This document shows positions 28,456 to 39,500 of a DNA stretch of 64,000 nucleotides, one piece after another; position 1 is the first letter of the stretch, and every line of letters starts with the position of its first letter. The translations under genes and the position numbers were made by a program. Source of the DNA: a virus; the IMG/VR virus record IMGVR_UViG_3300048996_000163, positions 68,718 to 132,717 of that record; one strand, given 5' to 3'. The notes under the pieces were generated by a model, which saw nothing but the letters and a program-made list of their open reading frames with translations, was not told where the DNA came from and did no database searches.

Positions 28456-31400
28456 CCGCCCCCGAGGAGATCCTCCGCGACCGTCTGATCGCCGCCCTGC
28501 GTTCCGTCGAGACCGCGGCACCGCGCCTGCAGGTCCCGTACGGCGCGATGGCCGACGCGGTCCTCGACCTCGGCGACGTGGAATGCCGCTGGGAGGTTCG
28601 TCTCGGCGCCCCGGACGACCCCGCGTACTACCGCACAGCCAGTCGCGAGGACGCCGACGCGATGGCGGCAAAGAAGGGTGGCGACGTGTCCGCCCTGCTC
28701 TCGCTGCGGCTCACGCCGATCAGCGTCAACCTGGAGGATGCCCGATGACCACGCGATGGGTGTTGCGCGCCAACGGCCGCGACATCGAACTCCCGGACGG
28801 CTGCGAGCGTCTCGGTGCGATGCGACACGCAAGCGAATGGGCGGCGGAGCTTCACGCGACGGTGCAGGTGTTCTGCGACGACGACGCCGGTCCGATGCGG
28901 CACATGGGTGACGTGCGTCCGTGGCAGGACATTGCCGCCGAGCGTCACACGGAGCGGGTGCTTCGTGGCGCTGCCGCGATCTGCCCCGTGAACCGGGCCG
29001 TGTTCGGGCACCGGGACCGGGACGAGCCGCCGTGTGAGCAGTGTGCGCGGACAGCGGAGCAGGTACTGGCGGCGGCGGGAGGTGCCGCATGACCGGGATC
29101 AAGCGGGGCTTCGGCGCCCCGAACCCCGACTGTTCGAAGTGCGGCGACGAGCGCGGCGGCCTGCCCGGCCACACCGCCGACGCCTGCCAGTGGTTCCCAG
29201 GCATGTCGGTGTTCCTGCTGACGCGGCTGCCGCACATGGCCGGCCGAGCCAACGAAATCTGGGACACCTACATTGACCGCTACCTCGACGCCCACCTCGG
29301 ATCGGAGAGCAAGGCATGACCACCATCCCCGACGCTGCCATCGATGCGTTCCGCCAGGCGGAGCAGGAGGCGTGGGCAGCCGCCGCGCCGATCACGCAGG
29401 GCGGAGCGGTCGAGGTGAACCGGGACGCGACCCGGGCGGGTCTCGAGGCTGCCGCGCCGCTGCTCGCCGCGGAGGCGCTGGGTCGAGTGCATCTGCAGGT
29501 GCGGGCCGCGCTCGGTGCGAACACCACCCGGGAGCGCGAGGCCCGTGACGCCGGCCGCGAGGGCGATGCGCTCCTCAACGCCGCCCGCGCCGACGCGTTC
29601 GACTGGGTGCTCCAGCGGCTCGACGAGGAGATGGGCAAGTGAACGACAGCTCGTACACCGAGGAAGACGTCCAGCTCGTCGGCGACGGGATCGGCGACCG
29701 GGGCATCGCCCGCGCTGCGCTCAGGATTCTCGCCAACGCCGGCAGGCTGCGGCCCGCGGTGCTTGCCGTCAGCGACATCAGCGCCGACCTCCGTGAGGAG
29801 CTCGCCGCCGAACGTCTCGAGGCGCGTCGTGCTCAGGCCCGCGCGAACGAGGCGGCCCGCCTGTCCGCTGACGCCCGCGATGAGGTCGCGGACCGGGACA
29901 AGACGATCGCCGACCTGCGCCAACAGGTGGAGATCGTCGAACGGGACCGGCTCGACCGGGACGCGTGGGCGGTGAACCTCGCGTACCTGCACCATGCCGG
30001 CTACCGGGAGTGCCCCGGCGTCGACCCGTTCAAGGCGATCGAGGAGGCGCTGTCCGACGTCGCGGAGCTGCTGCGCCTCAACGACGACTCGGCGAACACC
30101 CGCGACCGGGCTATGGACCGGCTGGAGTCGGCGCAGTCCACGATGCACGGGCTGGTGACGGCCGGTGTCCGCAACGGCGAGATCCACCGCCGGTCGGCGA
30201 TGCCGCTGCTGGAGGCTGCCGGGTTCACCGCCGACGAGGCGCGGGAGATCGTCTACGCCGCCGAGGAGGAGCAGTGACCGTCGAGACCCGCGTCGCTGCC
30301 CTACGGGCCGAGGCAGACCGCCTGGAGTCGACGTCGTGCACCGGCCTGACCGCGACCTGGTGCCCGGTCCACGGCGACTGCCGCTGCCCGCACGTGTACT
30401 ACGCCGACGGTGACGAGCCGCAGGGGCGCACGCTGAACGACCCTGCCTGCCCGCTGCACGCGGTGTCGTCCAGCCACGCCGAAGCGGGTGTGGCATGACG
30501 GCCCGGTACGTCATCGTCCACACCGACGAGCACGGCCTCATCGAGACCCTCGCCACGGTCGTCTACACCGACCGGGCGGAGGCCGATCATCGTGTCGCCG
30601 AGCGGCGCAGGACCGCGACCGGGCACGACTGGTCGGACCGGTACGACGTCTACCAGCTGCTGCCCGCTGACGTTGAGCAGCGCGTCGAGTGGAAGGTCCG
30701 CTGGCTGACCGAGGGCGGCGGCATCGCAACGTCCGAGCGGCATCTGATCAGCCGCGGTGAGGCCGAGCGGCTGGGGCCGACGCGGGTCGGCGAGTACAAC
30801 ATCGCCGGCTGGTCCGTGCATCACCGCACGCACCGCAGCTACACGGACGGGTCGTCGTGGACCGGCCCGTGGTACGACGTCGAGGGTGAGGCGCAGCGGT
30901 GATCGACCCTCTCACCGACCTGGCCGACACCCCGCTGGAGACCCTGCTCGCCTCCGTCGACAACGCCCTGACCACCGGCTCGGACATGAACAACGCGAAC
31001 CTGGCGTTCCTGCTGCTCTGTGACCGGCTCGGCGTCGACCGGGACGCGCTCGTGTTCGACCGCAGCTGGTCGACGCGGCCTGTGCCGCCGGTCAAGACGC
31101 CATGCCCGGAGGGCTTCCACTGGATCGGGCAGTCGTTCGCGGTCTGCGACAAGTGCGCGCTACCCGCCTGGGAGCACGAGGGCGTGTCGACGCCGGCGCG
31201 GGACAACCCGTTCGACAACGGCGGCTGGGTGCTGCGGCCGTGGGCGCCCGGCGAGCGTGAGGCGTGCCGGGCGAAGTGGGCGCCGACGCTCGGGGGTGGC
31301 AACTCGTGACGGACCTGCGAAGCGACCCGCTGTGGCGTCTGGCTCACACGCTCAACCGGTTCCGCGACATGCCGCCCGAGGGTCCGATCGCCGCGACCGC

Positions 31401-32113
31401 GACAGCCGACGGTGGTGCGAGCCGGTTGACGCACGGCGACCTGGCCCTGCTCGCGGAGCGGCTCGGCTCGTTCGGTGAGCGCCTCGACCGGATCACCTCG
31501 TGGCATGCCCGCGAGTCCGGGCCGGGCGGCATGGTCGGCGACTACTGCCGCGAGTGCGGGCACGTCTGGCCGTGCGACACGCGGCGGATGGCGGAGGGCA
31601 GCTTCGTGGACGAGGAGGGGTCGTGACCGACCTCGACGCGAACCCCTTTGCGCTGCGCCAGGTTCAGGGCTTCGACGGCCTGTACGTGCACGCCGCTGAC
31701 GTGGTGGCGTGCCTGCGGGCAAGGGCCGCCCAGTTCGGTGAACTTGCCGATGACGGCCAGGGCGACGAGCTACGGCGGGCCGCGTACCAGGCGGTTTCGG
31801 ACGCGTTCGCCACGCACGCCGACCAACTCGACGTGGCCGCCATCGGCTGCATCACCGCGGACCCCGCGCCGTGGGTGGTGGGCAAGTGACCGCCGAGGTG
31901 GACCTGTCCGGCGTTGATCCGTCGCACCGACCGGGCATGGCGGAGGACAACCTCATCCCGGGCCTCGTGTACTGCATGCGCTGCTGCCGCCTGCTGGCCA
32001 GCGAGAAGCGCGGCCTGGCGAAGTCGGGGCCGGTCCCGTGCCCCGGTCCTGGCCGGATGCGACCGCTCGAACCCATCTACGACGCGATCACCGAACCGAT
32101 CAAGGAGAACTGA
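28452..32113 (+). CDS. array of 11 coupled hypothetical ORFs (28452-28748, 28745-29092, 29089-29319, 29316-29642, 29639-30277, 30274-30498, 30495-30902, 30899-31309, 31306-31626, 31623-31889, 31886-32113)
   Basis: Unbroken chain of ATGA/GTGA overlaps. Confidence 0.65.
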
Positions 32114-32115
32114 CC

Positions 32116-32646
32116 ATGACCAACGAGACCCTGCACGCCAACCCCTGGGTGTCCCTGCACGTCGTGCGCAGGCCCGAGGCGGGCATCAACGGCTACGTCT
32201 ACTCCCACGAGACCCGGTGCCAGGGCCGGATCGTGGCCGTCCTGCCGTTCCGCGACACTACCGTCGGTCGTGAGTGGCTGGTCAAGTCGGAGGTGACGCC
32301 GTGCTGGTCGCTGGAGCCGTCCCTGTCGGCGATCACCGGCGGCTACGACGGCGGCGACATCGAAGACGACGCCGTGCACGAGATGGCCGAGGAGACCGGC
32401 TACGCCATCACCAGGGCGGACCTGGTCGAGTTGGGCGAGTCGTACGCGTCGAAGTCCACGGACACGGTCTACAGCCTGTTCACGGTCGACCTGACGGGGC
32501 GGTCGCCGGGCGTGGCGACCGGCGACGGCAGCCGGCTGGAGGCAGAGAGCACCGCCGTGTGGGTGTCGGAGCGGGAGCTGGCCGACGTCCGCGACCCGCA
32601 GGTGTCGGTCATGCTCGTCCGGGCGAAGCTGGCGGTGTCCGCATGA
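32116..32646 (+). CDS. NUDIX hydrolase
   Basis: GGYDGGDIEDDAVHEMAEETGY, a variant Nudix box. Confidence 0.75.
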   Translation: MTNETLHANPWVSLHVVRRPEAGINGYVYSHETRCQGRIVAVLPFRDTTVGREWLVKSEVTPCWSLEPSLSAITGGYDGGDIEDDAVHEMAEETGYAITRADLVELGESYASKSTDTVYSLFTVDLTGRSPGVATGDGSRLEAESTAVWVSERELADVRDPQVSVMLVRAKLAVSA

Positions 32647-33269
32647 CCACCGAGATCCTCGCCGACAAGATCGTCGACCTGGCCCGCCTGTCGCTGCTGT
32701 TCGGCCGAGTCAACCGGATCACGTTCCACGAGGACGGCAAGCGACCCGAGTCCGACACCGACCACACGGTGATGCTCGGGCTGGCCGCCTCCGCCCTCGC
32801 GGCGGAGCAGGGCGACCTCGACGTCGGGCTCGTCGCCCAGTTCGCGCTCGTCCACGACCTCGTGGAGGCGTACGCCGGCGACATGCCGACACTGCGGGCG
32901 CTGTCGTCGGACCGGAAGGCGGAGAAGCGGTCCCGCGAGCACGCCGCCTTCGAACGGATCATGCGGGAGTTCGGGCTGGACCTGCCGTGGATCGACCAGA
33001 CGATCGCCGAGTACGAGCGGCAGCAGTGGCGGGAGGCGCGGTTCGTGCGCGCCCTGGACAAGCTGCTGCCGAAGCTGACGCACCTGCTCAACGGCGGGGT
33101 GACGTTGCGCGCTGAGGGCATGGGTGCCGACGAGTTGGCCGGCCGGTACGTGGCGCAGCGGCAGGAACTGCTGGAGTACGCGGCGGACTTCCCGGTGCTG
33201 ATGGACCTGCACGCCGAACTCGTCGGGCGAGTGCTGGCCGCGTACGGGCGGGCGGAGGTCGCAGCGTGA
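32643..33269 (+). CDS. HD-domain phosphohydrolase (HD_3, 5'-deoxynucleotidase-like)
   Basis: ESDTDHT, ALVHDLVEAYAGD, EARFVRALDK. Confidence 0.85.
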   Translation: MTTEILADKIVDLARLSLLFGRVNRITFHEDGKRPESDTDHTVMLGLAASALAAEQGDLDVGLVAQFALVHDLVEAYAGDMPTLRALSSDRKAEKRSREHAAFERIMREFGLDLPWIDQTIAEYERQQWREARFVRALDKLLPKLTHLLNGGVTLRAEGMGADELAGRYVAQRQELLEYAADFPVLMDLHAELVGRVLAAYGRAEVAA

Positions 33270-33446
33270 CCGCCCACGCCTGGACTCCCGGCGTCCGCAG
33301 CGGCAACCCGGTCTTCACCTGCTCGAACTCGCCGTGCCGGATCGTGTGGTGCCGGACCGTCGGGAGCCGAAGTCGCAGTGCACGGGGACGCCGGTCGAGG
33401 AGACCGCGGCTGACTTCGTACGGGCGATGATGATCGGCGGTGGGGC

Positions 33447-34776
33447 ATGACCGATGACGAGACACTCGCCGCCCGCTACTTCGACGAGGAGCAGGCCGGC
33501 CGCCTGCGCGCGGACGGCTTGCCCGAGGACGGTATCGCACACCTGCGGCAGCGGTACATCACCGACGCGGTCGCCAACCCTGAGGCGGTCCGTCAGCTGC
33601 GCGAGATCTACGGGGAGCGGCCGTGAGCGCCAAGACCTACCTCGCGGGAGTCGCCGGCCTGCTCCGCACGTGGGCGGACCGGATCTCCCCGGAGACAGGC
33701 CCGCACGGCATCCACTGGTCGTTCACATACGAGGACCGGGAGGGCATCCGGTTCCGCGACGACGGCAAGGGCTGCCCGCTGTGGTATCTCGGCGCCGACG
33801 ACTATGAGCGGGCCCACACGGAGGCGGACACGAGGCATATTCGCGTGAACTGGAAGGCGATGACCTTCGACTACCCGGGAGGTTCGTCGTGAACACGAGG
33901 CACCCTTATTGGCCGGACCTGACCAACGACGAGGGCGACGCCCTGTCCGAGTGGTTCGACGACACGTGCGGCGATTGCATCGAGGGCCGCTGCCACTGGG
34001 GCGGTGACACGTCCCGTCGGTCGATCGAGATGGCCACGGCCGGCGAGGAGTACGAGGACCCGCAGTTCGGGCGGTGTGGCTGCTCTCGGCATGCGACGAG
34101 CGTCCTGGCCCGGCCGTTCCGGCAAGGGGAGCCGAAGGGGACCGCGCTGGCGTGGCGGGCGGCGAAGGAGTCCGGCGCCGTGGTGTCCACCGAAGACGAC
34201 GAGGGCGACGTGATCTGGGTCAGCGACCCGGCGAGACTGCGGGAGGGGTCGTGATCGACGTCGACAGCCTGCCGCCGACGCAACTGCTGATCCTCGAGAC
34301 CCTGGCCGCGAGGACCCGTCTCGGGCATCATCGCTGGCCGTTCGACCCACGCCTGCGCCAACAGTTGGTCGCCCTGCACGAGCTGGGGCTGATCGAGATC
34401 TGCAACGACTACGAGGCCTCACTGACGGACGTCGGCCGGGCTGCGGTGATGGTCGACGACTACGAGGGCGCGGACATCCTGCGGCAGCGAGACGTGGCGC
34501 AGGAGCAGTTGGCGCTGATCGTGCGGGCGGCTGAGCGGTGGGGCGGCGAGCACTACGACGAGGTGCTGCGGATTCTGACGGAGGAGAACCATGGGTAGAG
34601 GGCCAGTCCAGGGCAACCCGGACCTGTACATCCGTACGCAGGCGTCACGGGCGATCACCGCGAACCCGGCCGGGTCTCGTGAGGAGCGGCGGGCGGCGAA
34701 GAAGCTCGGCGTCGTACCGGAGAGTGGCTGGGCGCGGTTCGCGCCGGACAAAAACGACAACGAGGAGACCGAATGA
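33447..34776 (+). CDS. five coupled hypothetical ORFs (33447-33626, 33623-33892, 33889-34254, 34251-34598, 34591-34776)
   Basis: Overlapping starts and stops. Confidence 0.6.
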
Positions 34777-35067
34777 AGCTGATCTTCGCCGACGTGGAAA
34801 CCGTTGGGACCGATCCGACACGACATGGCCTGTGGGAACTGGCATTGGTCGTCCGCGAGATCAAGGCCGACCCGGCGACCACCGCCGACACCTGCACCGA
34901 CACCGAATACTGGTGGCAGACCCGCCCCGACCTCAACGCCGCCGAGCCGATGGCGTTGAAGATCGGCGGGCGTCGAGGTAAAGGCTGAGGACCGACACTC
35001 GGCGCTCGGCGACGCACGGGCCGTCCGGGACCTGTACGACGCGGTCCGGAAGCTGGGTGCAGCATGA
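34773..35067 (+). pseudogene. DnaQ-like (DEDDh) exonuclease with internal deletion and frameshift
   Basis: ExoI motif IFADVETVG in one frame; ExoIII motif RHSALGDA in another frame ending at the ATGA overlap; ExoII missing. Confidence 0.7.
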
Positions 35068-35618
35068 CTCGAACGGTGAACGACGCCCGCGAGTTGGCGT
35101 ACGCCGCCCACCGCGGTCAGGTCGACAAGGCCGGCGTGCCGTACTTCGAGCACGTAGCCGAGGTCGCCCGGCGCGTCGAGGTCCACGGTGACGAGGCGGT
35201 GATGGCGGGCTACCTGCACGACATCGTCGAGGACACCGATTTCACGTTGTTCCAGCTTCGGTCGCTGGGCTTCCCGGAGGCGGTTGTGCGGGCCGTGGAC
35301 GCGGTGACGCGCCGGGACGGGGAGCCGTACATGGACTTGATCGCGCGGGCTGCTGCGGATCCGCTGGGGCGGCTGGTGAAGCTCGCCGACAACGCCACGA
35401 ACAGCGATCCGGAGCGGCTGGCGCTGCTCGACCCGGCAACGGCGGAGCGGCTGCGGGTGAAGTACGCCCGCGCCCGGCAGGTGCTGTACGACGTGGCGGA
35501 GATGCCCGAGGTTGAGGAAGTCGACCTGCCGTGCTGCACGCCGATGGACGAGGCGCACACCCTGTCGAACGGGCACACCGTGTTCTGTCGCGTCGAGATG
35601 AACAAGGAGAGGTTATGA
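35064..35618 (+). CDS. HD-domain protein, RelA/SpoT hydrolase (SAH/Mesh1)-like
   Basis: AHRGQVDKAGVPYFEH, LHDIVEDT, VKLAD..N. Confidence 0.8.
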   Translation: MTRTVNDARELAYAAHRGQVDKAGVPYFEHVAEVARRVEVHGDEAVMAGYLHDIVEDTDFTLFQLRSLGFPEAVVRAVDAVTRRDGEPYMDLIARAAADPLGRLVKLADNATNSDPERLALLDPATAERLRVKYARARQVLYDVAEMPEVEEVDLPCCTPMDEAHTLSNGHTVFCRVEMNKERL

Positions 35619-36214
35619 CCGAGGCACGGAACGCGATGGTCTGGGACGGCACCCCGGAGTGCTACCAGGACTTGAAACGGTGGGTCGGGCAGTCGAAGTT
35701 CAGCGCCGACCCGCTCTTCGACACGTGCCGGAACCCGACGCCGCCCGGCGATCCGGGGCTGGACCTATGGAGCGCTGACACGCTGCGGTGGGTCAGGGTG
35801 CCGGTAGGTGCGACGGTGGTCCGCGATGACCGCGGGGTCCTCTCGGTGGGAGGAACGGGCGTGATCGTGAACCTGACCCCGCACCCGATGCATGTCTTCC
35901 CGCCGGACTGCCCGGACCGTATCGAGCGGGACGCGGTCAAGCCGGCGTGGGTGCTCCCGGCGTGCGCCCGTCCGCCGCGTCTCGGCGAGACGGAGATCGG
36001 GCTGCCGTGGGTGGTGAGTGGCGTGCCGGTCGTTGACATCACGTTCGGGCTCGGCGAGGGTCTGCCGCCGCCGCAGCCGGGCGTGTTCCTGGTGGTGTCG
36101 AGGCCGGTGGCGATGGTGAACCGGGACCGGTCGGATCTGCTGGTGCCGCATGAGGTTATCCGGGATCTGGACGGGTCGACGTTGGGGTGTCGGGCGTTCG
36201 CTCGGCCGGTGTGA
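35615..36214 (+). CDS. hypothetical protein; C-terminal half is the phage NLTPH family
   Basis: IVNLTPHP...GLPPPQPGVFLVVS...RSDLLVP; internal GGAGG + GTG at 35861. Confidence 0.6.
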   Translation: MTEARNAMVWDGTPECYQDLKRWVGQSKFSADPLFDTCRNPTPPGDPGLDLWSADTLRWVRVPVGATVVRDDRGVLSVGGTGVIVNLTPHPMHVFPPDCPDRIERDAVKPAWVLPACARPPRLGETEIGLPWVVSGVPVVDITFGLGEGLPPPQPGVFLVVSRPVAMVNRDRSDLLVPHEVIRDLDGSTLGCRAFARPV

Positions 36215-36286
36215 GGCGCCTGTTCCTCCGCCGCCCGGAGTGCGGGTCGTGGTGGTGCGCGGTGTGGTGGTTCGGGGGCGAACGAC

Positions 36287-36499
36287 CTACTCAGCGCGCC
36301 GGGGCCGTCCAGCGGGACGTTCCGGCGGGCGGTAATCGGCGAGGAGCCTGAGCAGTTCGGGGTGCTCAGGCAATGCGGTGAGGAACGCAACGAGCAGCGC
36401 CTCCCGCTTCCAGCCCGCCGCTTCGAGGGCGTCGTCAGCCACCGCGAGCACCTCAGTTGGCGCGCGGAAGTTGACGTTCTTGCGGGGCGGTCCGGTCAC
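36287..36499 (-). CDS. RHH-like small regulator
   Basis: RKNVNFRAP beta strand then two helices; divergent operator IR at 36516-36566. Confidence 0.6.
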   Translation of the reverse strand: MTGPPRKNVNFRAPTEVLAVADDALEAAGWKREALLVAFLTALPEHPELLRLLADYRPPERPAGRPRRAE

Positions 36500-36595
36500 C
36501 TGATCAGGATGCCATACCTGCTTGCACATTACCTAGACCCGTGCCATGCTTAATCTGCAAGCAGGTTTTGATCAGGCGATACAGAGGAGCCAGCC

Positions 36596-39500
36596 ATGCG
36601 CCGCACCGTTACCAACACCGCCGACCGGCTCCGCACCCTCGACCTCCTGGAGATGGACGCCGACCTGCGCAAGCAGACCCCGGTCAAGCTCCCCAACGTC
36701 GTCCTCGTTGAGGACATCGCCGCCTGCGCCACCCACGGCTCGTGCATCGCCACCGCCGTCGCCAACCCGCACGGCGCGCTCAGCGACGAGCCCGCCGCCG
36801 TCCTGCACATCCCCGCCGGCTACATCGCCACGTGGACCGGTAACTACGCCGAGGTCAACTGCGTCGGCTTCCGGCCCGGTGGCGTCGACTACACCCGCCC
36901 CGCCGGCTGGACCGACGCCCTCGCCGCCATCCCCGAGGTCGGGGAGACCGCGACCCACCCGCGCACCGGCCGTCCGACCCTCGTGCACCGCGTCGACCGC
37001 ACCTTCACCACGATCGGCGTCCGCTTCGCCGACGCCACCTACGCCACCTACCCGCGCATCATCGCCGAGAGGATCGCCGCCTGATGGCCGAAGAGAAGCC
37101 CGAACTCATCGAGGTGCAGTACCCACTCCCCGGTGAGATGCCGACGGGCTACTGCCCGATCTGTGAACTCGCGCTGATCATGCACACCAAGCCGTGCGCC
37201 ACCCCGACCACCTTCTACCTGGTCGTCACCCAGCGCCTCTGGCTGAATGAGACCGGCGACGGCGTCACCTACGCCACCGACGGCCGCGAGTTCATCAACC
37301 GTGAGACCGCCATCCGCTGGGCGACCGGCGACCACGGTCACGACGACTTCAACATCGCCACCGTCACCGACGGCCGCCTCGTCGCGTTCGGGTGGGGCAT
37401 GGACGACTTCCCGCTCGACGAGGACGGGTGCCCGCACGGGCACGACCTGCGAGAGATCGCCGAACAGATCGGGCTGGAGGTGACGGCCTGATGTGCCACT
37501 GCTTCCGCCTCGTCGGCGTCGTCTGCGCCACCCACTGCAACTCCCCCGTCTGCCGCGGCGGCGAGCACGTCGACCTGTGCGCCGGCCCGACCGGCAATCG
37601 GCACCTGGAGTCCCTGCACCGCGCCGGGGTGCCGATCACCGAGCAGGTTATCGCCACGGTCCTCGGCGTCGAGCGCGCGTTCCGCGAGGTGTTCGCATGA
37701 GCCACTACGTGATCAACCCCGGCGGCGGCCCGGTCCACATCTCCGACGTGGATGCGTTCCTCGCCGAGGCCCGCGAGTCGCACGGCGAGCCGTACATCGA
37801 CCTTGGCGGCGGCATGGTCGTTCGTCTCGCCGATCACATTCAGGAAGCCCGCGAAGCCGACGAGGCGGAGCGGTTCGAGGGCCAGGACGGATAACGATGA
37901 CCGACTACACCGCCCACCTGACCGGCACGAGCCGCATCGGCGGCTTCACCCGCCGCACGTACCTGTTCGACAACGGCGAGACCGCGGCCGTCACCGAGAT
38001 CGGCGACGGCCGGTACGACGTCGAGCACCGCGACGGGCCGCGTCGGCACGTCACCGACGTGAACATTGCCGCGCACCTCGTCGACGTCGTGCTCGCCGAG
38101 GTCATGAGCCTCCCGGAGGTCACAGAATGACCGACTTCATCGACTACCTGAAGGAGCACGGCGGTGGCAGCACCACCCTGTGGTGGCAGTACCGCTTCCC
38201 GAACGGCCGCGAGGTCGGCGTCTACCCCGCCCACATGACGGTGCACCCGTTCCGGTTCGACGTCGAGTACGACGGCGACGACGAGCTGATCGTCAAGTCG
38301 GGGCTGACCACCGAGCAGGTGGAGGCGAAGCTCGCCGAGGTCATGACGCTGCCGGAGGTGACCGGGTGAGCACCCTCGCCGACATCCGCAAGGCCGCTGA
38401 GGCGGACCTGCACACCTGGCCGTCCGACTTCACGCCCGGCCACTTCATCGCCTCGACGGTCATCGCAGGGCTGGTCACCGACTACCTGTGCGCCGGCAGC
38501 CCCGACGACGCCACGGCGCCGATCGTGGGCCGCATCGAGTGGTCGCCGATCTCGTCCGGCCCCCGGCCGAACGCCTACCGGGGTGGCGGACTCAAGGGCG
38601 GCACACTGCTGGCTCGGTGGACGCATGCGGGCGAGGCGTTCCAGGCGATGGTCTCGTGACCCCCGGCATGCCCGACGCCTACCGCCGCATTGAAGCCGCC
38701 ATGGACGCGCAGGTCGCGAACCCGCGCCTCAACGACGGTCTCGCCGACGCTGCCTGCTGCGCGGTCCTCGACGTCGCCCGTGACCTCGGGCGCAAGCACC
38801 CCGAACACGCGGCGGCGTTCCAAGCGCTCGCCGAACACCTCGGCTACTGCTGAAGGAGACCTGCATGAGCGACAACACGATCACCCTGAAGATCGAGCAG
38901 TACGGCGAGACGACCGTCCACGTCGACCGCGCCGAGTACGAGCAGGCGAAGGCCGACGGAACCGTCGACCAACTGCTCGACATGCACCTTTCGGACATGG
39001 AGCACGACACGACGATCACCGAACCGGACGGCACCAGCTTCGACCCGTTCGCGCCGGCGGCCCAGTGATGACCGACACCCTCATCGCCGACCTCGTGACC
39101 GCCTCGTTCGCCGCATCACGCGAGACCACGGACCGCCTCGTCGAGAACCTGCAGGCGACGATCGCAGCTGCCGAGGCGCACCGTCAGGCCGTCGAGCACG
39201 GCATCGCCGGCCTGCTCGCCGGGGACCACGTTCCGTCGGCCGCCGCGATCCACCGGGCCGTGTTCGTGCCCGACTCGGCGCTCGTCGCCTACTACCGGCA
39301 GGAGCCGACGCGGTGACCACCGCCGACCGCAAGCGTCTCGCCGTCCTGCGCAACATCCACAACGTCCACCACGGCTGGCAGCACGAGGAAGGCGCCGAAG
39401 CCAAGAACGTCCACGGTGAGACGGCGTGGCTGCTCTACCACGGCCTGATCGAGGTCGGCACCGACAGTAGCGGCGACCACCGCTACCGGATCACCGACGC

